Virus record (IMG/VR): IMGVR_UViG_3300037483_001129
Location: 1-48,560 of that record
Direction: 5' to 3' (one strand)
Length of the DNA stretch: 48,560 nucleotides
Origin: a virus
Lineage: Duplodnaviria; Caudoviricetes
The first letter of the stretch is position 1; each line of letters begins with the position of its first letter. Below, in pieces: positions 27,489 through 36,693 of the stretch. Under the pieces are notes generated by a model, which ran no database searches, had not been told where the DNA came from, and worked only from the letters and a program-made list of their open reading frames with translations. Position numbers and translations under genes: made by a program.

Positions 27489-28966
27489 TGGATGATACAC
27501 AGGTCATTATCAATAAAATTCAGGAAACTAAAATTAGGCTCAAAGCAGCCAAGAAAGCTGCATATTCGGACAACCTTTATTTATTCAATAAAGACGTTTT
27601 AGGATGGCCCGATTTGTATGAACCTCTCCACAAAAAGGTTTGTGATTTTGTTCAGGATAATTACCTGAAAAAAAAGATACTATTATTATTACCCCGTGGA
27701 ACATTTAAATCTTCAATAATTACGGTTGGTTTTGCATTGTGGCAAATAGCCAGAGACTCCAATGTGAGAATTCTCCTTGCAAATGCAACCTATCCCATGG
27801 CTACTTCCTTTCTGGGACAAATAAAAAAACACATTCAAGGAAATGAAGTGTTTAAGGAAATATTCGGTGAGATGTATGTGCCTACGGAGAAATGGTCTCA
27901 AGACAGAATTTCAGTTTCATCTGAAAAACTTACCCACAAAGAACCCACAATTTGGGCATATGGTATGGGGGGTAATTTGGTTGGTTCTCATTTCAACATA
28001 GCAATTCTTGATGACGTTGTTGCAAGGGATAATATTGGTACAAAAGACCAGATTGAGAAAACAAAAAACTTTTTCAGGGATGCTTTGGATTTGCTTGACC
28101 CTAAACCTGATGGTCACAAACCAATGATTATTATTGGAACAACCTGGCATTGGGATGATTTGTATTCATGGATTATGGATAAGCGTAACAATCTCATTAA
28201 TGATTTTGCTGTTATGAAGCTTCCAGCTTACACAGGGGAGTGGCAAAAGGGAGAGTTATTATTTCCTAAAAGGCTTACCTGGGATACCCTTCAGAAATTA
28301 AAAGATCAGCAGGGCCAATATCATTTTTCGGCTCAATATCTTCTTAATCCTGTTCCTGAAGCAGATCAAACTTTCAAACCGCCATTCCAAACTTACGAGG
28401 AAACAGATATTCGGGGAATGGAAATGAACACTTTTATGTCTATCGACCCCGCCCTTTCTGAAAACGAAAAGGCTGATTTTTCTGCAATAGTTGTTATTCA
28501 AGTTGATGTAAACAACACTTGGTATATTAGAGATATTTGGCGTGGACAAGTTCAGCCAAGTGAATTAATTAATATGATATTTATTAAGGACCAGCAGTGG
28601 AAGCCGACAACTATAGCTTTGGAATCTACTTCTTTTCAAAGAATTCTCCAATATCAAGTATTTGATGAAATGAAGAAACGGGGTAGGTTTATACCAATAA
28701 AGGAGATTAAACATGCAGGAATGAATGCAGATTCAAAAGAAGACAGAATTAGAAGTTTGCAGCCTCGTTATGAGACAAAAACTGTATTTCATCCCGAAAG
28801 AAATGCTGTTCCGCTTGTTGAATATTTGGAGGATGAATTGATGAGATTTCCAAGGGGAAAGAATGATGACATGGTTGATGCACTTGCAACAATGAACGAA
28901 ATTGCTTTTGCCAGAAGGGTCAAAGAAGAACGGGGTGGTTTGCATCAGGCCCATTACCCTGCTTAA
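27488..28966 (+). CDS. terL: Terminase large subunit
   Basis: Walker A LPRGTFKS, Walker B IAILDD, IIGTTW, nuclease SIDPA..DFSA, FPRGKNDDMVDA. Confidence 0.95.
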   Translation: MDDTQVIINKIQETKIRLKAAKKAAYSDNLYLFNKDVLGWPDLYEPLHKKVCDFVQDNYLKKKILLLLPRGTFKSSIITVGFALWQIARDSNVRILLANATYPMATSFLGQIKKHIQGNEVFKEIFGEMYVPTEKWSQDRISVSSEKLTHKEPTIWAYGMGGNLVGSHFNIAILDDVVARDNIGTKDQIEKTKNFFRDALDLLDPKPDGHKPMIIIGTTWHWDDLYSWIMDKRNNLINDFAVMKLPAYTGEWQKGELLFPKRLTWDTLQKLKDQQGQYHFSAQYLLNPVPEADQTFKPPFQTYEETDIRGMEMNTFMSIDPALSENEKADFSAIVVIQVDVNNTWYIRDIWRGQVQPSELINMIFIKDQQWKPTTIALESTSFQRILQYQVFDEMKKRGRFIPIKEIKHAGMNADSKEDRIRSLQPRYETKTVFHPERNAVPLVEYLEDELMRFPRGKNDDMVDALATMNEIAFARRVKEERGGLHQAHYPA

Positions 28967-29011
28967 TAACATTAAAATTTACGCATGAACATTTTAAAAT
29001 TAGCCAAATGA

Positions 29012-29028
29012 GTTATACTTAAATTATG
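29012..29028 (+). promoter_or_regulatory. GTTATACT-N6-ATG element before the portal gene
   Basis: Same core and spacing as the 4007, 5803 and 9511 copies. Confidence 0.6.
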
Positions 29029-31167
29029 CTGAAGTTTAAGGATTACGATGAGGCGAAAATAAACTCTGCGTACTCCCCGCCTCAAAAAATACAAGACGAC
29101 AGAAAAAGGATTTATGAAAGGTATGCTGATATGAAGAATGGCCGTAATTATAACGGACAGAATATTGAAGCAGTATGGGATTCAGCAGAAAAGCAGTATG
29201 AAGGGTGGAGACCTCCAAAATCAGAAGACGATTGGCAGAGCAATATTGTTCCTCCAATAACTACCACTTTAGTTGAAAGAGCTTTGGGTGAAGTAAGCGA
29301 CCAGACAATTCAACCTACGGTTACTGCAAGAGGCGAAGAAGACGTGGTTCGTGCAAGGCTTATGGACTATACCTATCAATATACATGGGAGAAGGGTGAT
29401 GGAGACTTGGAATTATATGCAGGTTTAAAACAGGCTTTTGTTTTGGGAAACACGGTTTGGCAGGATGACTATTGGAGAGACAGAAGGATTGTTAAAGTTC
29501 TCAAAAAATTCGACATGGAGAACAATGAGGAGGAATACGTACAGAAAAAGGTTGATGATTTTGACGATGTTTATGGTGAAACTGTTAATTTGAGGGAATT
29601 TTATATTGATCCGAACGCAAGAAGCATTAATCGTGGAAGATATAAGGCCAATGACTGTATCAGGCGATATATTTATTCTTACAACAGCTTCATGGAGGAG
29701 TTTAAAGGTTCTATTTATGATGAATTTGGAGCTTGCAAATACGTAACTCCAGGTGGTGATACTGATTTTTATCAGTTCTATCAACCTCCTCACAATATTA
29801 ATAAAGATCAAGTTGAGGTTTTGTTCTATTGGGGAAGAAGACCAGATAAATTAATAATAGTAGCTAATGATATTGTTGTCCGTGACGGTCCGAATCCTTA
29901 CAACCACAAACAACTTCCTTTTGCTTGGGGAAGAGATATTCCCAAAATGAACACACTATTGGCTCGTGGTGAACCGAACCTACTTGAATCCATACAGGAT
30001 GAGATGTCCACAATAAGAAGAATGAGAATTGACAGGCAGCACATGGATATTTGGAAAATGTTTTTAGTTTCTAACAGGGAAAATCTTGATGACGATGAGG
30101 CTGTAATTGCTCCATCGAGATTTATGTATGTTGACGATCCTAATAATTCTATTAAACCTATAGAATACAATCCTGTTCATGCAACGGCTTACGAGGAAGA
30201 AAAGATATTGAAACAGGAAGCTAGGGAAGTAACGGGAATGGAGTCTCCGCAAACAACTGGAACTGCTACTCAGGCTGCAATTTTCAAGGAGGCAACAATG
30301 AAATCTTTGAGAATGAAGATATGGCTTCTTTCCCGTGAGCTTTTAACTGATATTGTCAGGCTCAGAGTACCCAATATTACTCAATTTTATTCTACCCCAA
30401 AGGTGGAACAGATAGTTGGAGAGAAGAATTTTGGTAAGTATAGGACAATTCGTACGTCTGATATGCAGTTAAAGGTGGAACAGAATGGAAAATTGATTGA
30501 AAATCCACAGAAAGGCAGCTTTTTCTTTGAATTAACACCAGACATGGTAACTCCACAATATGGTTCTTTTGATTACAAGTTGTCTGGAGGACCGACTTTC
30601 CCGATCTCCAAGCCATTACAACAACAAAAAGTGGCAGAATTTATGCAACATCCTGTTATAACGGGTGCAATTCAAGCTGGATACTATGAATTGGGTAGAA
30701 TGGCTGATGAATTCAGCAAAATTATGGAGTATGACCCCGATAAATTCAAAAATCCTGAGTCTGAACAGGCTCAACCACAATTTGACGAAGAAACGATGCT
30801 TGAAATGGCTTCGAGAGAGAATGCATTAATGATGGAAGGCCAGAAAATTGATGAAACGCCATACGCAACACGAGGACACACCAATATTCACTTGGCTTTT
30901 ATGGAATCACCTACATTTAGACAAGGGTTTAATGAGGAAATCATGAGAAATTTCATATATCACATACAGGGAGAGGAAAAAGAACAAGAACAACGACAAA
31001 AAGCCAACTTACCAAACGTAATTCCTGGCTCTCAGGTTTCTGGGACACCTCCTCCTACTGAGAGTCAAGGAATTATGGCAGGTCAAGCAGCAGCTATGAC
31101 ACCAGGAATGGCCCAAGGTGGAGAAAATGCTCCCCCGCCTCCTGAAATGCCAAGAAATGCTGGTTAA
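29026..31167 (+). CDS. Portal protein (podoviral, P22/T7-like)
   Basis: 713 aa directly after terL; FYIDP, NPYNHKQLPF, TATQA motifs; Pro/Gln-rich C-terminus. Confidence 0.85.
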   Translation: MLKFKDYDEAKINSAYSPPQKIQDDRKRIYERYADMKNGRNYNGQNIEAVWDSAEKQYEGWRPPKSEDDWQSNIVPPITTTLVERALGEVSDQTIQPTVTARGEEDVVRARLMDYTYQYTWEKGDGDLELYAGLKQAFVLGNTVWQDDYWRDRRIVKVLKKFDMENNEEEYVQKKVDDFDDVYGETVNLREFYIDPNARSINRGRYKANDCIRRYIYSYNSFMEEFKGSIYDEFGACKYVTPGGDTDFYQFYQPPHNINKDQVEVLFYWGRRPDKLIIVANDIVVRDGPNPYNHKQLPFAWGRDIPKMNTLLARGEPNLLESIQDEMSTIRRMRIDRQHMDIWKMFLVSNRENLDDDEAVIAPSRFMYVDDPNNSIKPIEYNPVHATAYEEEKILKQEAREVTGMESPQTTGTATQAAIFKEATMKSLRMKIWLLSRELLTDIVRLRVPNITQFYSTPKVEQIVGEKNFGKYRTIRTSDMQLKVEQNGKLIENPQKGSFFFELTPDMVTPQYGSFDYKLSGGPTFPISKPLQQQKVAEFMQHPVITGAIQAGYYELGRMADEFSKIMEYDPDKFKNPESEQAQPQFDEETMLEMASRENALMMEGQKIDETPYATRGHTNIHLAFMESPTFRQGFNEEIMRNFIYHIQGEEKEQEQRQKANLPNVIPGSQVSGTPPPTESQGIMAGQAAAMTPGMAQGGENAPPPPEMPRNAG

Positions 31168-31175
31168 TATAAAAT

Positions 31176-31457
31176 ATGTCAAAGAAAAAATTGAAGGATA
31201 GACCTCAGAAGATAAAAACAACTGAGCAGGAGCTTGAAATCCTTGCAAACCTATCTATATCTACTGAGTGGATAGTTTTAAAAAGAGTGATGCAAAGATA
31301 TGCAACCCATCTTCGTAGTTTTGCTTTCAATTTATCTTATTTTATGTCTCCAGAAGAATTCAAACTCAAACATCGTGAGGCCACAGCTCAAGTTTTAGGT
31401 TTCAAGAGGCTTGTAAAGTTAGTTGAAAAGTCAGGAAGCAAGTTGGATAAAGATTGA
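31176..31457 (+). CDS. Hypothetical head-associated protein
   Basis: Small helical ORF after the portal. Confidence 0.6.
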   Translation: MSKKKLKDRPQKIKTTEQELEILANLSISTEWIVLKRVMQRYATHLRSFAFNLSYFMSPEEFKLKHREATAQVLGFKRLVKLVEKSGSKLDKD

Positions 31458-31494
31458 TGGCGAGAGTTATACTGATAAGAAAGAGGATAATGAC

Positions 31495-31632
31495 ATGCCA
31501 TTTACTAAACGAGGTTTAAAATATTATCACAAAGGAAGAGCTTATACTAAAAAACAAGTAAAAAAATATTATGCAAGTAAAGGTACTTTTTCAAAAGCAA
31601 AAAAGAAAGCTAAACGAAAAAAGAAAAAATAG
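31495..31632 (+). CDS. Very basic 45-aa protein (MPFTKRG...KKKAKRKKKK), possibly DNA-condensing
   Basis: ATG at 31495; Lys/Arg-rich; head module. Confidence 0.55.
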   Translation: MPFTKRGLKYYHKGRAYTKKQVKKYYASKGTFSKAKKKAKRKKKK

Positions 31633-31694
31633 TGTAATATAGAATAGTGGGGTAAACGAAATCATCCGTTCCCACTTAGTTGGGGGTGATTAAT

Positions 31695-32504
31695 ATAGCA
31701 AATAAAAAGAATGAAGCACCAGAGGGTGCGAAAAAAGAAGATAAATCGAAAGAGACTTCAAAAGAAGATAATCAAAATCAGCAAGACCAAGAGTTTGATT
31801 TTAAAAAAGGATATGAGGAACTCCAGAGTACAATATCCGAACAAGGAGAAACAATCAAACAACACAATGAAGCTATTATGGCAGCTTCAATTATTTCCAA
31901 TACAATCGCTAATAACCCAACGCTTTTGGCAGAATTTGATAAAACACTCAAGCAGCAATATCCCAACATACAGGGTGAGCAACAGAACCAAGGCGAGGGT
32001 TCGCAAACAAATGCTGGAGATGGTACAGGAAAAACAACTCCAACTCCTGGGGTTGAAAAAGATGTAAAGGAAATTAAAGACGCAAATAGACATCAGATTA
32101 TCAATGGTTTTGAAAAAAAATTTGGTATTGATAAACTTCCAGCAGATGAACAAAAAGTTCAACGGGGAAAAGTAGAAAGTTATTTAAGGACTTTTGGTTG
32201 GTCAGTTGACACGCTTCCATTAACAGCTCTTGGAGAAAGTTTAGACAAAGCTTATGTTGGTTCTGTTGGAATTGACAAAGCTGTGGAAGAGGGAAAAGTT
32301 GAAGCACTCTCTGCTTATCGAAATAATGAAAAAGCTGTAATGGGTAGTTTTTCTGGAGCTAATTTACCTACTGAAGAAGAAGGAACACTTACAGCAGCAC
32401 AACAGAAGTGGGTAGAAAAACTCCACGTAGACCCAGATAAAGCAAAAAAGGTATTGGCGGATAGAGACCAAGAAATGGTCAGGGAGAAGCCAATAGAGAA
32501 GTAG
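31695..32504 (+). CDS. Capsid scaffolding protein (probable non-canonical ATA start)
   Basis: Charged coiled coil (KKGYEELQSTISEQG) upstream of the capsid genes; GGGGGTGA-N5-ATA in frame. Confidence 0.65.
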   Translation: MANKKNEAPEGAKKEDKSKETSKEDNQNQQDQEFDFKKGYEELQSTISEQGETIKQHNEAIMAASIISNTIANNPTLLAEFDKTLKQQYPNIQGEQQNQGEGSQTNAGDGTGKTTPTPGVEKDVKEIKDANRHQIINGFEKKFGIDKLPADEQKVQRGKVESYLRTFGWSVDTLPLTALGESLDKAYVGSVGIDKAVEEGKVEALSAYRNNEKAVMGSFSGANLPTEEEGTLTAAQQKWVEKLHVDPDKAKKVLADRDQEMVREKPIEK

Positions 32505-32572
32505 TTTTGAGGCTAAATCCTGTCGTATAGTGGAAAACTATTGACCTAACAGTTATAGTATTAGTTAGAGAT

Positions 32573-33094
32573 ATGTCAGGATTTAGCTATCGCAAGAATT
32601 TAGACGGTTCAGCTTACGCTCCAATCAACATGAGGTTTGTTGGTAAGGATTCTATAGCATTTCAAGTTGGTGATTTGGTAAGAATTAATACTTCCACAGT
32701 TATTGATGTTGTTGACGCAACAGAAGCAATCGCAGGTGTTTGTGTAGGGGTTGAAGATAAAAATGGTCTTCCTGTTGCTACTGATTCTGGAACTACAGAT
32801 ACTTGGACAATGGCATCTGACAATACTACTGTTAATCTTTATAAAGTGATTTTCATTCCAGCACTTCCTAACTATCTGTTTTATGCAGATGGTGATGCAA
32901 GTAATAGCTCAGGGGATGAATTTGCTTTTACTGATGTAACTGACCACAATTCACCAGCCAATTCGTATGGTGATGCAACAGCACAACTAAGATTGATTGA
33001 AAGAGACCCAGATCATGATGCCGATGCATCAAAAGGTCTTTATCAAGTAGCAGAAAGCCAATTTGGAACAACCTTGGCAGTAGCAGCAGCATAG
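32573..33094 (+). CDS. Capsid decoration / cement protein
   Basis: FQVGDLVRI..IAGVCVG pattern; directly upstream of the MCP. Confidence 0.6.
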   Translation: MSGFSYRKNLDGSAYAPINMRFVGKDSIAFQVGDLVRINTSTVIDVVDATEAIAGVCVGVEDKNGLPVATDSGTTDTWTMASDNTTVNLYKVIFIPALPNYLFYADGDASNSSGDEFAFTDVTDHNSPANSYGDATAQLRLIERDPDHDADASKGLYQVAESQFGTTLAVAAA

Positions 33095-33128
33095 AAAGGA
33101 TTTGTATAGTAAGTTATACTAAATAAAC

Positions 33129-34046
33129 ATGCCAGCAATTAGAGCAAATTTCGCAGACGAATTAGACCCAGCCGTAAGGACTATCTTCTTTGATAGATAC
33201 GACCAAGAACCAGAGGTTATGCCAATGGTTTTCAATGTCATGACTACGGATCGTGATAAAGAAACGGATTCAGCAGCTACAGCTTTTGGTAAATTACAGC
33301 AAACTTCTGAGCTTGGAGCTTTGGATTATGAAGACCCCTTGGCAATGTACCAAACAGTTTATACTCCTCTTAAATACACCAAAGGTTTTAAGGTTTCGCA
33401 AGAGCTTTATGAAGATGACCAGCAAAATGTTATTTCCAAGATGCCAGCAGCTTTGGCAAAATCAGTAGTTTACACTACAGAGTTTTGGGGTGCATCAGTT
33501 TTGAATTACGCTTTCAACACCAGCTACACAAGTTATGGTGATGGAAAACCTTTAGGTTCTACAGCCCATACTAGAGTTGATGGAGGTTCCGACCAATCTA
33601 ATGCTTCAGCAACAGGTATAACTTTTGGTGAAACCAACCTTGAAACTGGTAGATTGGCATTGATTGGAGCACTTAATGATAAGGGACAAATTGTTAACTT
33701 TAATGCAGATACAATTATAGTTCCAAAAGAGCTTGGTAAATCAGCACGAATCATAACCATGTCGACAATGCGACCTGGTACTGCAAATAACGATGTGAAC
33801 GTATACGATGGTGCTTTTAAAGTAATTGAGTGGAAATATTTGACCAGCACAACTGCTTGGTTCTTAATGGATAAATCAAATGCTCAGCTTAATTGGTTCT
33901 GGAGAATTCGACCAGAAATGAAGAATGACTTTAACTTTGATGCCGATGCAGCTTTGTACAAATGCCGAATTAGATTCGCATATGGATGGAGTGACTGGCG
34001 AGGAGTCTGGGGAAGCAAGGGTGATGGTGGAGCCTACTCCAGCTAA
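33129..34046 (+). CDS. Major capsid protein (HK97 fold, Mu gpT-like)
   Basis: GFKVSQELYEDD, GDGKPL, YLTSTTAWFL, RFAYGWSDWRG; preceded by GTTATACT at 33113. Confidence 0.9.
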   Translation: MPAIRANFADELDPAVRTIFFDRYDQEPEVMPMVFNVMTTDRDKETDSAATAFGKLQQTSELGALDYEDPLAMYQTVYTPLKYTKGFKVSQELYEDDQQNVISKMPAALAKSVVYTTEFWGASVLNYAFNTSYTSYGDGKPLGSTAHTRVDGGSDQSNASATGITFGETNLETGRLALIGALNDKGQIVNFNADTIIVPKELGKSARIITMSTMRPGTANNDVNVYDGAFKVIEWKYLTSTTAWFLMDKSNAQLNWFWRIRPEMKNDFNFDADAALYKCRIRFAYGWSDWRGVWGSKGDGGAYSS

Positions 34047-34075
34047 AATTAACAATAAATAAGTTAGTAACTTAT

Positions 34076-34130
34076 GGGAGCTTGGGAAAACGGGTTCTCC
34101 CGAAATCCCATTTTTGAAGCTCCCTTTTTT
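34076..34130 (+). terminator. Rho-independent terminator after the MCP gene
   Basis: GGGAGCTT...AAGCTCCC followed by TTTTTT. Confidence 0.7.
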
Positions 34131-34149
34131 ATTGGAGTATAATAAAGAC

Positions 34150-34383
34150 ATGGGAATTACAAAAGTAGACGAATTACATACAGGTCAGGCAAGAGCATAT
34201 TTGGGAGGCAATCCTTCAAGCCCCTCTGTTTACTATGGAAGTGGTAATGAGGGCGATGTGGATAGTGCTGAATGGCGTGGTGGAGAAATATCTTATAATC
34301 CAGATGACAATAGAATTTATATTCAAACAGCTACTAGCGGAACAACTGCAACTTGGTATAGATTAGCTGAACAATTTGTATAA
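34150..34383 (+). CDS. Small virion (head fibre/decoration) protein, paralog 1
   Basis: WRGGEISY..IQTATSGTTATW; ATG at 34150. Confidence 0.7.
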   Translation: MGITKVDELHTGQARAYLGGNPSSPSVYYGSGNEGDVDSAEWRGGEISYNPDDNRIYIQTATSGTTATWYRLAEQFV

Positions 34384-34385
34384 TT

Positions 34386-34760
34386 ATGGGAGTAACTAGT
34401 TTAGACAGCATAAATTCGTCAACAAGCAAGGCTTACCTCGGTACGGCTGCTCCTACTGTTTATCAGTATTATGGTTCTGTTGCAGGACAGGATTTTGAAG
34501 CTACACAGTGGAGGGGTGGAGAACTTTGGTATGATTCAACCAACAGCCAACTAAATGTAAACACAGCAACTTCTGGAACTACAGCATCTTGGGATACTTT
34601 GGGTACAGCTTTTGATACTACCAGCACAAGTTCCAGTACAAGTTCAACAACGACATCCAGTTCCACATCAAGTTCCACGAGTACATCAACTAGTACATCT
34701 ACCAGCACATCAAGTTCTACGAGTACATCAACTAGCACATCAAGTACAACAACACCATGA
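34386..34760 (+). CDS. Small virion protein, paralog 2, with Ser/Thr tail
   Basis: WRGGELWY..NTATSGTTASW plus ~45 S/T residues ending TTTP. Confidence 0.75.
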   Translation: MGVTSLDSINSSTSKAYLGTAAPTVYQYYGSVAGQDFEATQWRGGELWYDSTNSQLNVNTATSGTTASWDTLGTAFDTTSTSSSTSSTTTSSSTSSSTSTSTSTSTSTSSSTSTSTSTSSTTTP

Positions 34761-35125
34761 GCACAGATTATGACAATTTATCAGCAGGATTAGCAAAGGC
34801 AGTTCCATTGTCTTACTTTCCTACGCCACAGCAATTTTATGGCAGATTAACAGGACAAGATGCTGAAATTGCAGCATGGGTTGGTGGAGAATTGCTTTAC
34901 TACACAACTACAAATAAATTGTTTGTACAAACTGCAACATCTGGTCAAACTGCAACCTGGAAAAATATAAGTACAGCTTTTGCTACAAGTACATCGACCA
35001 GCACCTCAACTTCGTCATCGTCAAGTTCAACAACTTCGTCTACGAGCTCATCGACTAGTACATCAACAAGCACATCAAGTTCAACGAGTACGAGTACATC
35101 TACCAGTTCTACAACAACACCATAA
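34757..35125 (+). CDS. Small virion protein, paralog 3, with Ser/Thr tail
   Basis: WVGGELLY..QTATSGQTATW plus ~45 S/T residues ending TTTP. Confidence 0.75.
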   Translation: MSTDYDNLSAGLAKAVPLSYFPTPQQFYGRLTGQDAEIAAWVGGELLYYTTTNKLFVQTATSGQTATWKNISTAFATSTSTSTSTSSSSSSTTSSTSSSTSTSTSTSSSTSTSTSTSSTTTP

Positions 35126-35126
35126 T

Positions 35127-35507
35127 ATGAATATACACAGAGACGACATGCAACCAGTTGGATTTGACTATCCAATGCCCACAACGGCAGGTTATGATGC
35201 TGGAAAATCATTCAGTGTTGTTTTTAGTAGTCCTAATGCCAATACCGCAGCAGTTAAGGTTAAAGATTTAACTGCAAACAAAGCTATTTATATTACAGAC
35301 CTGATTATTTCTTCAGCAGCAGCAATGGGAGTTCAATTACAGGATAGTGATGGAACAGCAGTCACAAGTCAAATTGATATTTCTGCCAGTGCTCCTTTTG
35401 ACCATGCCTTTAAAACAGCTTTACCTGTAACCTCGGAGAAAGCCTTAATGGTTAAAACGACAATTGCAGCAGAAATACACTTGACAGTTATCGGTTACAT
35501 TAAGTAA
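35127..35507 (+). CDS. Putative virion beta-sandwich protein
   Basis: ATG at 35127; IYITDLIIS..HLTVIGY. Confidence 0.55.
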   Translation: MNIHRDDMQPVGFDYPMPTTAGYDAGKSFSVVFSSPNANTAAVKVKDLTANKAIYITDLIISSAAAMGVQLQDSDGTAVTSQIDISASAPFDHAFKTALPVTSEKALMVKTTIAAEIHLTVIGYIK

Positions 35508-35525
35508 TATATAAATATATATAAA

Positions 35526-35801
35526 ATGCAAGATGAAAAAGTCTACTATAAGACTTCTAACCTCAACCTGGCTTCAACACTTTATGACATTGGTTTCGTC
35601 ATTGACGGGATACATACAACTCAAAATTCTGAAATTGTTGAATTTTATTTTGAAAAAACTATCAAACTTGAAAAGGCGGTTGATGATTTCTGGAGTGGGA
35701 GATTAAGGGTTGAACCCAACGGATTATTGACTGTCAGAAAAGAATTGTTGGATGAAATAAAAAGAAGAGAATTTGAAAAGAGTATTAAAAAATCAAGCTA
35801 A
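35526..35801 (+). CDS. Hypothetical protein (DUF5659-like)
   Basis: YKTSNLNLASTL..VEFYF..LRVEP pattern. Confidence 0.5.
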   Translation: MQDEKVYYKTSNLNLASTLYDIGFVIDGIHTTQNSEIVEFYFEKTIKLEKAVDDFWSGRLRVEPNGLLTVRKELLDEIKRREFEKSIKKSS

Positions 35802-35970
35802 ACAACCAGTAACAACCTTCTTTAGAGGAAGAAACATTACTATTAAAAAGAAGGCCAGTAAAATATTTGATATGGATGACGAAGAAGAGGCTGCGGAATA
35901 TTATTATTGGAAACAGATGTATGGATTTATGCAGGATATTACAACGAGAGTGGGTGATTTGAATGATTAA
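35773..35970 (+). CDS. Hypothetical protein
   Basis: Fills the gap between neighbours. Confidence 0.45.
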   Translation: MKRVLKNQAKQPVTTFFRGRNITIKKKASKIFDMDDEEEAAEYYYWKQMYGFMQDITTRVGDLND

Positions 35971-36355
35971 AAAATTGACATTATATAATCCAACACAAGA
36001 AGATATTATTGATTATAATGTTGCAGAAGCAGTATTAAATAGTGAAGGTGATACTATTTATGATGAGGGTACAGGTAGTTATAAGGAAACTGGGGTAACT
36101 CTCGAATGGACTTTAAGAGCTGGTGAATCAGCGTCTTTTCCAAAATACGTAGCTGAATATCTTAAAAAGATATATGATTTTTTGGAAATTAAAGAAGAAA
36201 AGGCTGAAAAAATTGAAGCTGAAAAAAAAGAGGTGATCGCTGATGCTAAAAGTCAAACTGGAATGGTTAGTTGTAAATACTGTGGTAAGAATTTTAAAAA
36301 CGAAAGAGGATTGGGTTTGCATATTGGTCATACACATTTAGATAAAATTCTTTAG
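35963..36355 (+). CDS. Protein with C-terminal C2H2 zinc finger
   Basis: CKYCGKNFKNERGLGLHIGHTH. Confidence 0.75.
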   Translation: MIKKLTLYNPTQEDIIDYNVAEAVLNSEGDTIYDEGTGSYKETGVTLEWTLRAGESASFPKYVAEYLKKIYDFLEIKEEKAEKIEAEKKEVIADAKSQTGMVSCKYCGKNFKNERGLGLHIGHTHLDKIL

Positions 36356-36682
36356 ATGGATGAGTATATTATTAAAAATGGCAAAAAATACAAACTCACG
36401 CTGGTTGAAGAAGAAGAGGATGACTTGGTTAAGGCGTATATTTCGGCTAGTGAAGGAGTTGAGCAGGTATCGAATCCAAGTCAAAATAGTACGACCAGGG
36501 AGGCCATACCCAAAGTTAGTGAATATAGAGAAAGGTTCAAAAAGAGGCAGTTAAGCATATTGGATGTAAAGAAAGCCAAACCTAACTATACTGCACCGCT
36601 TGTAAAAAACGATGCGAGTTTAGAACAATTTAATTATAAGGGTGAAAAATTGTTCTTTGGTGAAGGAATAACAAGAGAGTAA
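36356..36682 (+). CDS. Hypothetical protein
   Basis: 108-aa ORF abutting the previous gene. Confidence 0.6.
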   Translation: MDEYIIKNGKKYKLTLVEEEEDDLVKAYISASEGVEQVSNPSQNSTTREAIPKVSEYRERFKKRQLSILDVKKAKPNYTAPLVKNDASLEQFNYKGEKLFFGEGITRE

Positions 36683-36693
36683 AAATATAAAAT

